From assembly GCA_040390605.1 (NCBI GenBank), contig JAZJXZ010000017.1, forward strand, positions 34,948-98,947: a stretch of DNA of 64,000 nt, written 5' to 3'. Source of the stretch: Pseudomonadota bacterium (GTDB taxonomy: Bacteria; Pseudomonadota; Alphaproteobacteria; Sphingomonadales; Sphingomonadaceae). A program made the translations under genes and the position numbers. Shown here piece after piece: positions 62,613 through 64,000 of this stretch; the first letter of the stretch is position 1; each line of letters starts with the position of its first letter. The notes beneath the pieces were generated by a model, which had not been told where the DNA came from, searched no databases, and saw only the letters and a list, made by a program, of their open reading frames with translations.

Positions 62613-64000
62613 ATGAAGCAAGCATTGAAATATGCCGGCGTCGCCGGCCTGTGCGCGGTGGCATTCGCCGCGCTGCCGGCCTGGGCGCAGGCCGCGGCCG
62701 GCCCGATCAAGGCGCCGAACGCCGCACAGATGGCGACGATGGTCAACAAGGGCGACACCAGCTGGATGCTGATCTCCTCGGCACTGGTGCTGATGATGTC
62801 GGTGCCCGGCCTGGCGCTGTTCTATGGCGGCCTAGTGCGCACCAAGAACATGCTCAGCGTGCTGATGCAGGTGTTCATGATCGTGTGCGTCGCGTCGCTC
62901 GTGTGGTGCTGCTGGGGCTATTCGATGGCCTTCACCAGCGGCGGCACGAACCAGTTCTTCGGCGGGTTCAGCAAGGCCTTCCTGATGGGCGTCGACGGCA
63001 CCACGCTGGCGGCGACCTTCTCGAACAACGTCTACATCCCCGAATTCGCCTATGTCTGCTTCCAGATGACCTTTGCCTGCATCACGCCGGCGCTGATCGT
63101 CGGTGCGTTCGCGGAGCGGGTGAAGTTCACGCCGCTGATCATCTTCGTGGTGGCATGGCTGACGCTGGTCTATTTCCCGATCGCGCACATGGTCTGGTAC
63201 TGGGCAGGCCCTGACTTCCTGCCGGACTCGCCCGCTGATGGCGGCTTCCTGTTCCAGAAGGGCGCGCTCGACTTCGCCGGCGGCACCGTGGTGCACATCA
63301 ATGCCGGCATCGCGGGCCTGATGGGCTGCCTGATCATCGGCAAGCGCAAGGGCTTCAACAGCGAGCCGATGCCACCGCACTCGCTGACCATGACTATGAT
63401 CGGCGCCAGCCTGCTGTGGGTCGGCTGGTTCGGCTTCAACGCCGGCTCCAACCTCGAAGCCAATGGCGTCACCGGCGTGGCGTTCATCAACACCTTCGTC
63501 GCGACTGCCGCGGCGGCGGTGTCCTGGGCGCTGATCGAACAGGTCATCCACAAGAAACCGTCGCTGCTCGGCGGCGTCACCGGCGCGGTCGCCGGCCTGG
63601 TCGCGATCACCCCGGCATCGGGCTTCGCGGCACCGATGACCTCGATCGCGCTCGGCTTCGTCGTGTCGCCGATCTGCTTCATCTTCGTCACCACGGTGAA
63701 GAAGGCGCTAAAGTATGACGACTCGCTCGACGTGTTCGGCGTGCACTGCATCGGCGGCATCGTCGGCGCGCTCGGCACCGCGATCGTCGCCGCGCCGAAG
63801 CTCGGTGGCCAGGGTTACTTCGACTACACGAAGTTCCCCGCCGTGGCGGTCAAGCCCGAGGACTACGACACGGTCCACCAGCTGTGGGTCCAGCTCCAGG
63901 CCGTCGGCATCACGCTGTTCTGGTCGGGTGTGGTCAGCGCGGCGCTGTTCCTGATCCTGAAATACACCATCGGCATCCGCCCGAGCGCCGACGTCGAAGC
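62613..64000 (+). CDS. amtB: ammonium transporter (3' end cut by window edge)
   Basis: Hand translation from the ATG at 62613: MKQALKYAGVAGLCAVAFAALPAWAQA...NKGDTSWMLISSALVLMMSVPGLALFYGGLVRTKNMLSVLMQ. The frame stays open to the window end, so it is absent from the ORF track. Confidence 0.9.
   Translation, partial: MKQALKYAGVAGLCAVAFAALPAWAQAAAGPIKAPNAAQMATMVNKGDTSWMLISSALVLMMSVPGLALFYGGLVRTKNMLSVLMQVFMIVCVASLVWCCWGYSMAFTSGGTNQFFGGFSKAFLMGVDGTTLAATFSNNVYIPEFAYVCFQMTFACITPALIVGAFAERVKFTPLIIFVVAWLTLVYFPIAHMVWYWAGPDFLPDSPADGGFLFQKGALDFAGGTVVHINAGIAGLMGCLIIGKRKGFNSEPMPPHSLTMTMIGASLLWVGWFGFNAGSNLEANGVTGVAFINTFVATAAAAVSWALIEQVIHKKPSLLGGVTGAVAGLVAITPASGFAAPMTSIALGFVVSPICFIFVTTVKKALKYDDSLDVFGVHCIGGIVGALGTAIVAAPKLGGQGYFDYTKFPAVAVKPEDYDTVHQLWVQLQAVGITLFWSGVVSAALFLILKYTIGIRPSADVE

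Overview
GC-rich (roughly two-thirds G+C by eye) chromosomal segment. Gene content suggests an alphaproteobacterium, probably sphingomonad-like: a single RelA/SpoT homologue, several TonB-dependent receptors, and REP hairpins whose off-frame translations read VIPAKAGI. The taxonomy is inference only. I support about 70 protein-coding genes. I saw no rRNA, tRNA, CRISPR array, transposase or integrase. Most of the window is housekeeping: prfC, phaC, an aminotransferase, spoT, folD, argB, nadB, ndh, bdhA, tldD and glnK-amtB. It also holds two TonB-receptor/TetR pairs and two c-di-GMP enzymes. The stand-out is a multi-locus bufferin-type RiPP (ribosomally made, post-translationally modified peptide) system built on MNIO enzymes (DUF692 iron oxidases). 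(i) A complete operon runs DUF2282 4-Cys precursor, DUF692 enzyme, DUF2063 partner, DoxX (36089-38402, minus strand). (ii) A second operon has a 6-Cys precursor with its own DUF692/DUF2063 pair (45669-47584, minus), directly downstream of an ECF sigma/NrsF anti-sigma pair (47665-48842). (iii) An orphan second DUF2282 precursor sits with a second DoxX and a Tat-signal HAD hydrolase but no modifying enzyme (49065-50654, plus). Four intergenic sites share TGTAACY-N16-CGAAC. They lie upstream of the sigma gene, the 6-Cys operon, the orphan precursor operon and a YHS-TlpA operon, which outlines a compact ECF regulon. The complete DUF2282 operon lacks this motif. Other points worth a look are a low-GC zinc-ribbon ORF coupled to phaC, a Gtr-like periplasmic glycosylation module, a GT22 (PIG-B/ALG9-like) mannosyltransferase coupled to nadB, two REP-pair families, and a clean sigma-54 promoter at glnK-amtB. 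Start codons were chosen by hand and several are uncertain.
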